A DNA stretch of 64,000 nt, from NCBI GenBank assembly GCA_026014875.1, contig JAOZHO010000033.1:13256-77255 (forward strand), read 5' to 3'. The stretch is from Candidatus Bathyarchaeota archaeon. GTDB lineage: Archaea > Thermoproteota > Bathyarchaeia > TCS64. The translations under genes and the position numbers were made by a program. The notes beneath the pieces are model-generated. The model was given only the letters and a program-made list of their open reading frames with translations, ran no database searches and was not told where the DNA came from. Below, one piece after another: positions 55,218 to 64,000 of this stretch (position 1 is its first letter; every line of letters begins with the position of its first letter).

Positions 55218-56669
55218 ATGGGTTTCCGTGATAAATTCAAGAACGCGGATAACGCCCTCACATTCAACGATGTGATTCTTTTACCCGGTTGGACGACCCT
55301 GGAGCCCGACGAGGCGTCGGTGAAGACCCAGGCGACCCGGAGCGTCTCCCTCAACGCCCCCTTCATTGCGAGCCCCATGGACACCGTCACCGAGAGCGAG
55401 ATGGCCATCGCCCTCGCCAGGAACGGGTGCCTCGGGGTCCTCCACAGGAACTGCTCCGCAGAGGAGGAGGTGGACATGGCCAGGGCGGTGAAGCGGGCCG
55501 AGGCCCTCATCATCAGGGACGTTATCACAGTGAACCCCGAGACCACCATCGAGGAGCTCCTGGCGCTCATGAAAGAGCATAGCATCAGCGGCTTCCCCGT
55601 CGTGGAGAACGGGGACAGCCTCGCAGGCATCGTCACCTGGCGGGACGTCCGCCTCGCAGACAAGGGGCTCAAAGTCGGCGACGTCATGACCAAGGACGTG
55701 ATCACCGGCACAGAGGAGACGAGCCTCGAGGAGGCTATGGTAATCCTCCACGATCACAGGATCGAGAAGCTTCCCATCGTCGACGGGAAGGGCCGGGTCC
55801 GGGGCCTAATGACCATGAAGGACATCACCCTCAAGGGGACCTACCCCGACGCCCTCAGGGACGAGGAGGGTCGCCTCATCTGTGCGGCCGCGACCTCCCC
55901 CTTCGACCTGGAACGGGCCAAGGCCCTCGACAAGTACGTCGACATCCTCATCACCGACGTCGCCCACTTCCACAACAAGAACTGCTTCGAGGCCACCAAG
56001 AAGATCCTCAAAGAGGTCGAGGCCGAGGTCATCGTCGGCAACATCGGCACATACGAGGCCGCCGAGGACTGCCTGACCAAGCTCGACGGCGTCGCAGGGC
56101 TCCGGGTGGGCATCGGGAGCGGCAGCATCTGCAGCACCAGCGTCGTGACCCGGGCCGGGGCGCCCACCCTGTACGCCACATCCCAGGCAGCGGACGCGGT
56201 GAAGGACTACGGGGCGAACGTGCCGGTCATCGCGGACGGCGGCCTCAGGAACCCCGGGGACATCGCCGTCGCCCTCGCAGTGGGAGCCTCCTGCGCCATG
56301 ATGGGAAACGTCTTCGCCGGCTGCAGCGAGAGCCCGGGGAGACTCGTCGCGCTGGAGGGCAGATACTACAAGGAGTACTACGGCATGGGGAGCCCCAGGG
56401 CCCGGAGGAAGCGCTTCGTCCAGGACAGGTACTCCCAGCCCAGCAAGGCCATCTCCGAGGGAGTCGAGGGATGGGTCCCCTACCGGGGGCCGGTCACCGA
56501 CATCATCAGCGAGTTCGTGGGAGGACTCAAAGCCGCGATGGGCTACGTCGGGGCGAGGACCATCCCCGAGATCTGGGACAAGGCGAGGCTCGCCCTGATC
56601 ACCGAGCGGGGGGCCAAGGAGATTGCACCCCACGACATCATGAGGCCTGGGCCCAACAGAGAACCCTAA
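55218..56669 (+). CDS. guaB: IMP dehydrogenase
   Basis: CBS pair. Catalytic loop GIGSGSICST. Confidence 0.9.
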   Translation: MGFRDKFKNADNALTFNDVILLPGWTTLEPDEASVKTQATRSVSLNAPFIASPMDTVTESEMAIALARNGCLGVLHRNCSAEEEVDMARAVKRAEALIIRDVITVNPETTIEELLALMKEHSISGFPVVENGDSLAGIVTWRDVRLADKGLKVGDVMTKDVITGTEETSLEEAMVILHDHRIEKLPIVDGKGRVRGLMTMKDITLKGTYPDALRDEEGRLICAAATSPFDLERAKALDKYVDILITDVAHFHNKNCFEATKKILKEVEAEVIVGNIGTYEAAEDCLTKLDGVAGLRVGIGSGSICSTSVVTRAGAPTLYATSQAADAVKDYGANVPVIADGGLRNPGDIAVALAVGASCAMMGNVFAGCSESPGRLVALEGRYYKEYYGMGSPRARRKRFVQDRYSQPSKAISEGVEGWVPYRGPVTDIISEFVGGLKAAMGYVGARTIPEIWDKARLALITERGAKEIAPHDIMRPGPNREP

Positions 56670-56699
56670 CCAACCTTTTCATTCCAACCGTCACTCTGC

Positions 56700-58925
56700 G
56701 TGAGCCCTCTCGCTGGAAGGTTTCAAAAACCGGAGGGGGAGATATATCCCCGAGGTTTTATGGACAGATCCTGGCTGGGACGGGCCGAGATCGAGCCCGC
56801 CGGTGAGCTCATCGCGGGCTCCTTCGTCACCTTCACCCTGAGCTACCGCGTCGGCGAGTTCGGCATCGACGACGGGGGCTCCATCCGCATCGCGAGGAGG
56901 AGCGTGAGCGACTCCGAGGATTACCAGTTCGACGACCCCCTCGCCTCGGGGTACACCACGGTATCCACGGACAGAGACGTTAAACTGAGCTACGCGTGGA
57001 ACCGCAGGGGCCACATCCGCCCCTGGAGAGGGACCCTCCAGGTGAACGTCACCGACGGCTCCCTCTACCCCGGGGACACAGTCACCGTGGTGATGGGGGA
57101 CAGGAGCGGGGGCGGCCCCGGGTTCAGGCTCCAGACCTTCAGGGAGGTGGAGCATATCTTCAAGGTCCTCGTGGACTGCTTCGGGTCGGGCCGGTACGAG
57201 GAGATCGAGGGCTCCCCCGTCGTCACCCTCATCGGGGGACCCGCGGACGAGCTGACAATAGTAGCCCCCAGCGGTGCGGTGGTCGGGGAGCCCTTCCCCG
57301 TCCTCGTGCGAGCCATAGACAGCTGGGGGAATCGTTCCGACGGGTACAGCGATTCTGTCACTTTCGGAGCATCCGACCCCTTGGCGGAGGTCCCTGGAGG
57401 GTACACGTTCAAAGAGCCGGACAAGGGCGCAAAACGGCTCCAAGGCGTGGTCCTCAAGACCGTGGGGCTCCACACCATCACCGTCAAAGACGGGTCTGGG
57501 AGAGAAGCAACCTCCAGCACCATCATCGTCCGGGAGGAGAAACCCGAGCGCTCCCTCTTCTGGGGGGACTTCCACGGCCAGACCAAGGAGACCGTGGCCA
57601 CCGGCAGCCTCGACGAGTACTTCAGCTTCGCCCGGGACGTGGGCGGGGTCGACTTCGCGGCGTGGCAGGGGAACGACTTTCAGATCACCCGGGAGCTCTG
57701 GAACAGGGTCACCCGGAAGGTGAAGGAGTACCACGAACCCGGCAGGTTCGTCACCTTCCTCGGGTACGAGTGGTCGGGGCTCACCCCCGCCGGGGGAGAC
57801 CACAACGTCTACTTCCTCGGGGACGAGGGGGAGCTCCACAGGAGCAACCACTGGCTCATCGATGACAGGAGAGAGGAGCCCTCGGACCGCTACCCTGTCA
57901 CCAAGCTCTGGGAGACATTCAGGGGGCGCCGGGACGTCATCTCGGTGGCCCACATCGGGGGCCGCCACGCCAACCTCGACTTCCACGACCCCGAGCGGGT
58001 CCCCCTCATCGAGATCCACAGCCACCACGGCACCTTCGAATGGTTCCTCGAGGAGGCCATGAGCCGCGGCCTCAAGGTGGGATTCGTCGGGAACAGCGAC
58101 GACCACACCTGCCGCCCCGGCCTCACACTCACTTCGGACAGGTTCACCACCCGAGGCGGATACACTGGAATCTACGCCAAGGAGCTCACCCGGGAGGCGC
58201 TCTGGGAAGCCCTCTGGAGCAGGCGCTGCTACGCGACCACAGGAGAAAGGGTGATCCTCGACGTAAACGTGGACGGCCACGCGATGGGGGAGGAATACAA
58301 GGGGAAGAAGACCCCCAGAATCAAGGTGAAGATCCACGGCACCGCGCCCCTCCACGAGGTCGAGGTAAAACGGGGCACGGAGACAATCCACAGACACCCC
58401 TTCGCGGAAGCCGGGGACGGCGAGAAGTGCCTCATCAAGGTGGAGTGGAGCGGCGCCCGGGTCAGGAGCAGGCCTAAGAGGGTGGACTGGCATGGGGGGC
58501 TCCACATCGACAAGGGGCGCATCACCTCATTCCAGGAGTTCGCCTTCGACGACAAACGCCAGGGAGTGAGGCGTATCACCAACCAGAGGCTCAGATGGAC
58601 CTCCACCACAGGGGGGGACCCGGACGGAGTCCTCCTGGAGCTGAACGCCCCCAAGGACGCAGTGATCAGCTTCCACACGGGACCCGCCAGCTTCGAATTC
58701 AAACCATCGGAGATCGGCTACGAGCCCATGGTGGTCGAGGCGGGGGGCGTCAACCAGAGAGTGAAGGTCTCAGCCATCAAGGCAGAGGAGCTCCCGAAGG
58801 ACCTCGAGTTCGAGTTCATAGACGAGGCTCCCCAGCCCGGGGTGAACGCTTACTGGATCCGGGTGGTGCAGAGCGACGGGGTGATGGCTTGGAGCAGCCC
58901 CGTCTACCTCGACTACGGGCCCTGA
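56700..58925 (+). CDS. DUF3604-family protein (predicted metal-dependent hydrolase)
   Basis: FWGDFHGQT and HSHHG motifs. The true start may be the Met near 56760. Confidence 0.55.
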   Translation: MSPLAGRFQKPEGEIYPRGFMDRSWLGRAEIEPAGELIAGSFVTFTLSYRVGEFGIDDGGSIRIARRSVSDSEDYQFDDPLASGYTTVSTDRDVKLSYAWNRRGHIRPWRGTLQVNVTDGSLYPGDTVTVVMGDRSGGGPGFRLQTFREVEHIFKVLVDCFGSGRYEEIEGSPVVTLIGGPADELTIVAPSGAVVGEPFPVLVRAIDSWGNRSDGYSDSVTFGASDPLAEVPGGYTFKEPDKGAKRLQGVVLKTVGLHTITVKDGSGREATSSTIIVREEKPERSLFWGDFHGQTKETVATGSLDEYFSFARDVGGVDFAAWQGNDFQITRELWNRVTRKVKEYHEPGRFVTFLGYEWSGLTPAGGDHNVYFLGDEGELHRSNHWLIDDRREEPSDRYPVTKLWETFRGRRDVISVAHIGGRHANLDFHDPERVPLIEIHSHHGTFEWFLEEAMSRGLKVGFVGNSDDHTCRPGLTLTSDRFTTRGGYTGIYAKELTREALWEALWSRRCYATTGERVILDVNVDGHAMGEEYKGKKTPRIKVKIHGTAPLHEVEVKRGTETIHRHPFAEAGDGEKCLIKVEWSGARVRSRPKRVDWHGGLHIDKGRITSFQEFAFDDKRQGVRRITNQRLRWTSTTGGDPDGVLLELNAPKDAVISFHTGPASFEFKPSEIGYEPMVVEAGGVNQRVKVSAIKAEELPKDLEFEFIDEAPQPGVNAYWIRVVQSDGVMAWSSPVYLDYGP

Positions 58926-59744
58926 TCAGGGGAGGGCCTCGCCCAGGAGCTCCAGGTTCCGGGCGACGTCCCCGGTGTCGTACATCCCGATGTTCCAGGC
59001 GTCGATGAACGCGTGATGCCGGAGGGCCCACATTATCGCCTCGTCGGCCCGATCCACCAGCCTCCCGGCGTGGAGAAGCTTGATAACGTAGACCCCCTTC
59101 CCGGCGTCGTGGACCGCCCTGATCGCGTCGAGATGCTCCGCGAGGGAGCCGTCCTCCACGACCATACCCGTCAGGTTCAGTGTGGTGCAGACCACCTCCA
59201 CCTCCGGGACATCCACGGCCTGCCTCAGGATTCCGGTGCTGTGGGTGGTGAGTCCCACCGCCCGGACGAGCCCGCTCTCCTTGGCCTCGCACCAAGCCCT
59301 CAGGGCCCCCATCCTCCGCTCCAGGTTCCCCGACTCGTAGGGTTTCCCCGAGGTGTCCGTCCTGTGGACGGTTCTCAGGGGGACATTGTGGAGGAGGAGC
59401 AGGTCGACGTAATCGGTCCCCAGACTCTCCAGGGAAAACTCGACGGCCCTCTCACCCTCCTCGAAGGTGAGCGCGTTGGACTTATCCGCGACCACAACAT
59501 CCCCCCGGTCCACGAGGCCCAGCCCGACCCTGACGTGGGGGTGGGTCCCGTAGTCATCCGCGGTGTCCCAGAAGTTCACTCCCATACCCAGGGCGTCCCT
59601 CAGCACTCCTCCCCCCTGCACAGGGGTGAGATCCCCCTGGCTCTTCATACCGTCTGGCCCCTTCTCGATAGCGAAGGGCTCCGTCCCGTAGCACAGCCGG
59701 GAGACCACCAGATCGCTGCCCCCCAGCCTCACATTCTCTACCAT
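58926..59744 (-). CDS. aldo/keto reductase
   Basis: DTADDYG motif and TIM-barrel pattern. Confidence 0.75.
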   Translation of the reverse strand: MVENVRLGGSDLVVSRLCYGTEPFAIEKGPDGMKSQGDLTPVQGGGVLRDALGMGVNFWDTADDYGTHPHVRVGLGLVDRGDVVVADKSNALTFEEGERAVEFSLESLGTDYVDLLLLHNVPLRTVHRTDTSGKPYESGNLERRMGALRAWCEAKESGLVRAVGLTTHSTGILRQAVDVPEVEVVCTTLNLTGMVVEDGSLAEHLDAIRAVHDAGKGVYVIKLLHAGRLVDRADEAIMWALRHHAFIDAWNIGMYDTGDVARNLELLGEALP

Positions 59745-59864
59745 CGCAGCACCTGGGGGGCTCCTGTCCTCTGGGGGATTTTAGTCTTGCCTCGGGGAGC
59801 CGGGTCATGGAAAGGCTCATTTAGGGGGTGGGTAGGCTGTGGAACTGTTCGGGAGTCGGACTGT

Positions 59865-60458
59865 TTGATCGAGAGAGCTTTGATAAGCGTTTACGATAAG
59901 AGCGGCCTCGAGGAGCTCGTGGCGGCTCTGGGGGGCATCGGAGTCGAGATCGTGAGCTCCGGGGGCACTGCGCGGAGGATCAGGGAGATGGGGTATAAGT
60001 GGCTCGTGGAGGTCTCCGATTACACGGGTCACCCTGAGAGCCCCGGGGGGCTAGTGAAGACCCTACACCCCAAGGTCCACGGGGGCCTACTCCTCGACAG
60101 GAACGATGAGGCCCACGCAGAGTGGATGAACGAGAACGGGGTGAAGCCCATAGACCTGGTGGTGAGCAACCTCTACCCCTTCGAGGAGGCGGTGGCGGGG
60201 GGAGCCGACCTGGAGACTGCGGCGGAGAACATCGACATCGGGGGGCCCTCCATGGTCCGTTCAGGGGCGAAGGCTGCCCTGCTGTACGACTCCGTCCTCA
60301 TAGTCACCGAGCCGGCCCAGTACCAAGAGGTCATCAGGGCCCTTAAGGAGAACGACGGGGACTTTACCACCGAGATGAGGAAACGATACGCTCTCAAAGC
60401 ATTCGGACGGACGAAGGAATACGACTCCGCTATAGTGAGCTATCTGGAGGAGAACTGA
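59865..60458 (+). CDS. purH: IMP cyclohydrolase domain protein (PurH N-terminal MGS-like domain)
   Basis: IERALISVYDKSGL...VSNLYPF. TTG start at 59865 with GGGAG upstream. Confidence 0.65.
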   Translation: MIERALISVYDKSGLEELVAALGGIGVEIVSSGGTARRIREMGYKWLVEVSDYTGHPESPGGLVKTLHPKVHGGLLLDRNDEAHAEWMNENGVKPIDLVVSNLYPFEEAVAGGADLETAAENIDIGGPSMVRSGAKAALLYDSVLIVTEPAQYQEVIRALKENDGDFTTEMRKRYALKAFGRTKEYDSAIVSYLEEN

Positions 60459-60459
60459 A

Positions 60460-61539
60460 ATGTCCAAACCCAAGTCGCTGAGGAAGAGCTACAGGACGAG
60501 GCTAGAGGAGGGCTTCCCCGAGACCATGAAACTCGTCATCGGCGACGAGGAGATCGAGTACACCAAATCCATGAGCCTCAGATACGGGGAGAACCCCCAC
60601 CAGCCCGCCGCATTCTACAGCCCCAACCAGGGCTCCCTCACCACCGGGGCCATGGAAATACTGAAGACGGGGAAGGGGGGGCTCAGCCAGACCAACCTCG
60701 AGGACATCAACAACAGCATGAACATCGTCCGCTACTTCGAGGAGCCCGCCTGCGCCGTGATGAAGCACCTCAACCCCTCCGGCGTCGCCGCCTCCAGGGG
60801 TCCCGGGGACAGCCTCAGAGAGGTCTACGCCCGGGCCCGGGACAGCGACAGCCTCGCAGCCTTCGGGAGCGTAGTGGGGTTCAACACCGCCGTCGACCAG
60901 GGGACCGCAGAGGAGATCCTCGCGAGCTACGTCGAGGGGGTCGTGGCCCCCGCATACGATGATGAAGCGCTCGAGCTGTTCGAGGGGAAGAAAGACCTCA
61001 GGGTCATCCAGGTGGATAACCTCGGAGAGATGAGCCGGTTCACCGGGGAACCCCTGAGGCCCATCATGGTCTCGATGCAGATGGACGGCTCCATCGTCCT
61101 CTCCGCCCCTATGCTCACCAAGATCAGGGGCCCCGACGACCTCCGCGTCGTCACCGAGACCAGGCCCACGGACGAGCAGTTCGCCGACCTCATCTTCACA
61201 TGGTACGTCTGCATGAACGTCCGCAGCAACGGGGTCGTCCTCTCCAAGGGCAAGGCGACCCTCGGCGTCGGCACAGGCCAGCAGGACAGGGTCACCGCGG
61301 TTAAGCTGGCCCTGGAGAAGGCGGTTGCTAGGGGTCACAGCGATGAACTCCCCGGTTCAGTCCTCGCCTCCGACGGCTTCTTCCCCTTCAGTGACAGCAT
61401 CGACCTCCTCGCCGAGTACGGGGTGGCCGCATGCATCCAGCCAGGGGGCTCAATACGGGACAAGTCTGTCAGGGAGGCCTGCGACGAGTACGGTATCGCG
61501 ATGGCCTTCACCGACGAGCGCTGCTTCAGGCATTTCTAG
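60460..61539 (+). CDS. purH: AICAR transformylase domain protein (PurH C-terminal domain)
   Basis: LRYGENPHQ. ATG at 60460 with GGAGGA 9 nt upstream. Confidence 0.8.
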   Translation: MSKPKSLRKSYRTRLEEGFPETMKLVIGDEEIEYTKSMSLRYGENPHQPAAFYSPNQGSLTTGAMEILKTGKGGLSQTNLEDINNSMNIVRYFEEPACAVMKHLNPSGVAASRGPGDSLREVYARARDSDSLAAFGSVVGFNTAVDQGTAEEILASYVEGVVAPAYDDEALELFEGKKDLRVIQVDNLGEMSRFTGEPLRPIMVSMQMDGSIVLSAPMLTKIRGPDDLRVVTETRPTDEQFADLIFTWYVCMNVRSNGVVLSKGKATLGVGTGQQDRVTAVKLALEKAVARGHSDELPGSVLASDGFFPFSDSIDLLAEYGVAACIQPGGSIRDKSVREACDEYGIAMAFTDERCFRHF

Positions 61540-61611
61540 CCGCCCCTCTCCCCTTCTTTTCTCGTTCAAAACCGTTAAATCCAGAGGGATTCCCGTTTCA
61601 AGTATCCGAAA

Positions 61612-61970
61612 TGGTTGAATCCAATATCTCGTTCTGCGGCATCGACTGCAGCTCATGCCCCGCATACCTCGCTACCCAGGCAAACGACGCCGAAAAACTC
61701 GCGGAGGTCGCGAAAGGTTGGTCCAGCGAGGAGTTCCCCCTGGGACCCGACGATGTCCTATGCGACGGCTGCCACGCCGAGAGGGTCGCCAAGTTCACCC
61801 CGGAGTGCATCACGAGGCAGTGCGGCCTCGAGAAGGGGGTCGCGAACTGCGCCGAGTGCGAAGAGTACGTCTGCGATAAGCTGGAGAAGCAGTGGGGGAT
61901 GCTCGGGAAGGAGGCCCGGGCCTCGAGCAAGGCCACCCTAGATAAGCTGTTCCTGAATCATGAGGTATAG
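61612..61970 (+). CDS. DUF3795-like cysteine-rich protein
   Basis: CGIDCSSC...CDGCH...CAEC. Confidence 0.5.
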
Positions 61971-61980
61971 GAGCCCTACC

Positions 61981-63342
61981 TCAGGCGGGCTCCCGCCACA
62001 GGGGCGAGGTTGAGCAGTGGGGGCCCCCCAGCAGGTCGAGGTAGCTGTCCGGCCACTCCTTCACCGCTATCCCGTGCTCCCTCAGGGCCTCGTTCGTGGC
62101 GTGGTTCCTCTCGTAAGCGATGACCAAGCCAGATTTGACGGTGACGATGTTCGAGGCCCCCCGCGCCTGCTCCATAAGGGCGAGCATCAGATGCTCCACA
62201 TCATTCTCCTTCTCGGGGCGTCCGCCAACGTAGATTATCCCGTCGGGCTCAAGCTTTCCCTCCCTGACCATGTAGTCTATCAGGCTCGTCTCCCGCCCCA
62301 CCAGCTCGGGGCCGCTCTTCCCCTTGGCGTAGACGGCGCAGCTCCCCGCGTCCTCGAAGTCGCGGGGGTGAACCACGGGCTCCATGGGCCTGTCGTCGGC
62401 CTCGCTCCCCGCCCTCGCAGCCTCCAGGGTCTTGAGGAGCAGCCCCCGCGGGGGCATGTCCGGGACGAGTTCGCTCTCGAAGAAGTAGGGCATCACCAGG
62501 GCCCTTCCACCGGCGGGGTAGTTAATGACCACGTCGAGGTGCATGTAGTCGGAGGCGGGGTAGTCGGGCAATTTTACCGCCAGTACGTGCCTCAACACCC
62601 CGTCGCCATCCGCCTCGAAGAGCCTCCTCGCGGTCTCCATGAACCCCGTGAACGTGGACCTCTGGCCTAGGCCTATCGCGACGGTCTCCTCGTCCACGAT
62701 GTGGGTGTCCCCGCCCTCGATGCACTGGGGCTCCGTGAATCCCGGGTCCTCCCCGTTGGCGTCCCAGATCACCTCCGTCTTCTCCCCGAGCACCGGATCG
62801 AGCTCGTAGCAGAGCTTCACGACCCTAGGCTCGAAGCGGCGGCTGTACCGCCTCATGTTGCAGATGACTGTGCCCACCTGGGTGGTGAAGCTGGTGTCCC
62901 GGGGGTAGGGCCAGCCCACCCTCTGGAAGTCGGGGAGCACAACCCTGTCAGCCTCCTCGTCGTAGTAGGCCCTGGAGGGGTACCCCCACAGGAGATGCTC
63001 GACCGTGAGCTCCCCGGGCTCAGGGGCGACGGGCATCCCCGCCCAGACTGCCTCAACCATCTCCCGCCTCTCCCCCTCTGTGGCGCCTTCAAGGGCCTTC
63101 TCAAGTATTGAGACCACTTCGAAGACCCGGACCCCCTCCTCCTCCAGGAACCGGGGGAGCATCCTCCACTGCTCCCGGCCCCCGTCGATGTCGGCGTGGG
63201 GGCAACGGGCCAGGTAATTGCTGTTCGACTCGATCCCGACGAAGGGGAGCTTCCCCTCCCAGAACTGCTCGATAGACTCCTGCACCAGAACGGCCCGGAG
63301 GGGCCCCGCCTCGGATCTGACGGTCCACATATACGGATCCAA
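61981..63342 (-). CDS. arginine deiminase-family (amidinotransferase-fold) protein
   Basis: EGGDTHIVDEETVAIGLGQRST, MHLDVV, C-terminal GGPHCSTSPL. Confidence 0.6.
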   Translation of the reverse strand: MDPYMWTVRSEAGPLRAVLVQESIEQFWEGKLPFVGIESNSNYLARCPHADIDGGREQWRMLPRFLEEEGVRVFEVVSILEKALEGATEGERREMVEAVWAGMPVAPEPGELTVEHLLWGYPSRAYYDEEADRVVLPDFQRVGWPYPRDTSFTTQVGTVICNMRRYSRRFEPRVVKLCYELDPVLGEKTEVIWDANGEDPGFTEPQCIEGGDTHIVDEETVAIGLGQRSTFTGFMETARRLFEADGDGVLRHVLAVKLPDYPASDYMHLDVVINYPAGGRALVMPYFFESELVPDMPPRGLLLKTLEAARAGSEADDRPMEPVVHPRDFEDAGSCAVYAKGKSGPELVGRETSLIDYMVREGKLEPDGIIYVGGRPEKENDVEHLMLALMEQARGASNIVTVKSGLVIAYERNHATNEALREHGIAVKEWPDSYLDLLGGPHCSTSPLWREPA

Positions 63343-63580
63343 GGGCTCCAGGGCCTTATCAAATTTGATAGGTTAATAAGATCAGGTATAATTGAAAACA
63401 GATCTAGAACTTGTGAAAGGTCCTGAATTATGACTCGTTTTCTTAAAATAAGGGGATATAGTTAGCCCGGTAATGCACAGAACGTTAAAATCCGGTGGGC
63501 GCCCTTAACGCATCGAGGGCACGAAACACAGCCACTGGGCCAATAAGAGATAAAACGCCTGAGGGGGATTATCTGGACGG

Positions 63581-64000
63581 ATGAAGGGTTATCAGAAGCT
63601 GGCTATGTTCCTAGCTGTGCTCCTCTTCTCCGTGGGGCTCATGTCGGTCGCCATCGATATCCTCGGCGACCTTTCCGAGGTCGAGTTCAGCACCGGGACC
63701 AAACTCGTCGCCGGGGTCGAGACGGGCACCAAAAAGGGCGAGGAGGAGTTGCGGAAGACCCAGGCCGTGCAGGTGGAGGGAGCATCCGCCAGCGAAGAGA
63801 GGGTGCTCTTAGAGATTGTTAATTCTCCGGGAACCCGATATCTGAGGACCACCGTCGGGGCGGGATACGAGAATGGAACATGGGCGCCCGTCGAGGCGGG
63901 GGGATGGACGCCCTACGATGGTGGGGAGCTGGAGCCCGAGCCCAGGGGCGCGGCGTTCGAGCAGCGATTCTACTTCACCGTGAGACCCATCGGGATGCTG
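63581..64000 (+). CDS. hypothetical membrane-anchored protein (runs off the window end)
   Basis: N-terminal TM helix. Confidence 0.4.
   Translation, partial: MKGYQKLAMFLAVLLFSVGLMSVAIDILGDLSEVEFSTGTKLVAGVETGTKKGEEELRKTQAVQVEGASASEERVLLEIVNSPGTRYLRTTVGAGYENGTWAPVEAGGWTPYDGGELEPEPRGAAFEQRFYFTVRPIGML

Noticed and set aside
59013-59864. Upstream 284 codons of the purH N-domain ORF
   Set aside because: It overlaps the aldo/keto reductase on the opposite strand. The PurH homology starts at IERALISVYDK, with a TTG at 59865.

Overview
This window looks like chromosomal DNA from a high-GC archaeon, probably a euryarchaeon. The lineage markers are an Alba chromatin protein, archaeal-type Pth2 and AspRS, a PGF-CTERM sorting signal, anaerobic RNR NrdDG, and a lipoate cluster flanked by two radical SAM genes.

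Coding density is high, and most long ORFs that overlap real genes in other frames are high-GC artefacts. I can support about 60 CDS, 4 tRNA genes (Glu-TTC, Met/Ile2-CAT which is slightly aberrant, Asn-GTT, Thr-CGT), several candidate promoter and terminator motifs, and several repeat families.

The most interesting structure is the 26.1-38.4 kb stretch downstream of tRNA-Thr:
- It carries several degenerate copies of the tRNA-Thr 3' end, which look like att sites.
- It contains a family of three 36-nt intergenic repeats.
- Its distal part is lower in GC and enriched for ACGCGCGCG palindromes.
- It holds a methyltransferase whose near-identical paralog lies about 7 kb outside the region.
- Taken together this is a mosaic of integrated element remnants with no integrase left in the window.

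Other notable items:
- A 1.85k-aa single-gene helicase-nuclease (DUF4011 / Upf1-like SF1 helicase / restriction-endonuclease fold / DUF3320) sits next to tRNA-Asn.
- A beta-lactamase-fold protein carries a PGF-CTERM signal, and the window also has a small archaeosortase-like membrane protein.
- There is an ABC plus COG1470-type surface-protein operon.
- purH is split into two domain genes.
- An FKBP carries a nucleoplasmin-like acidic/basic tail.

All similarity calls rest on motif recognition by eye. No database search was run.
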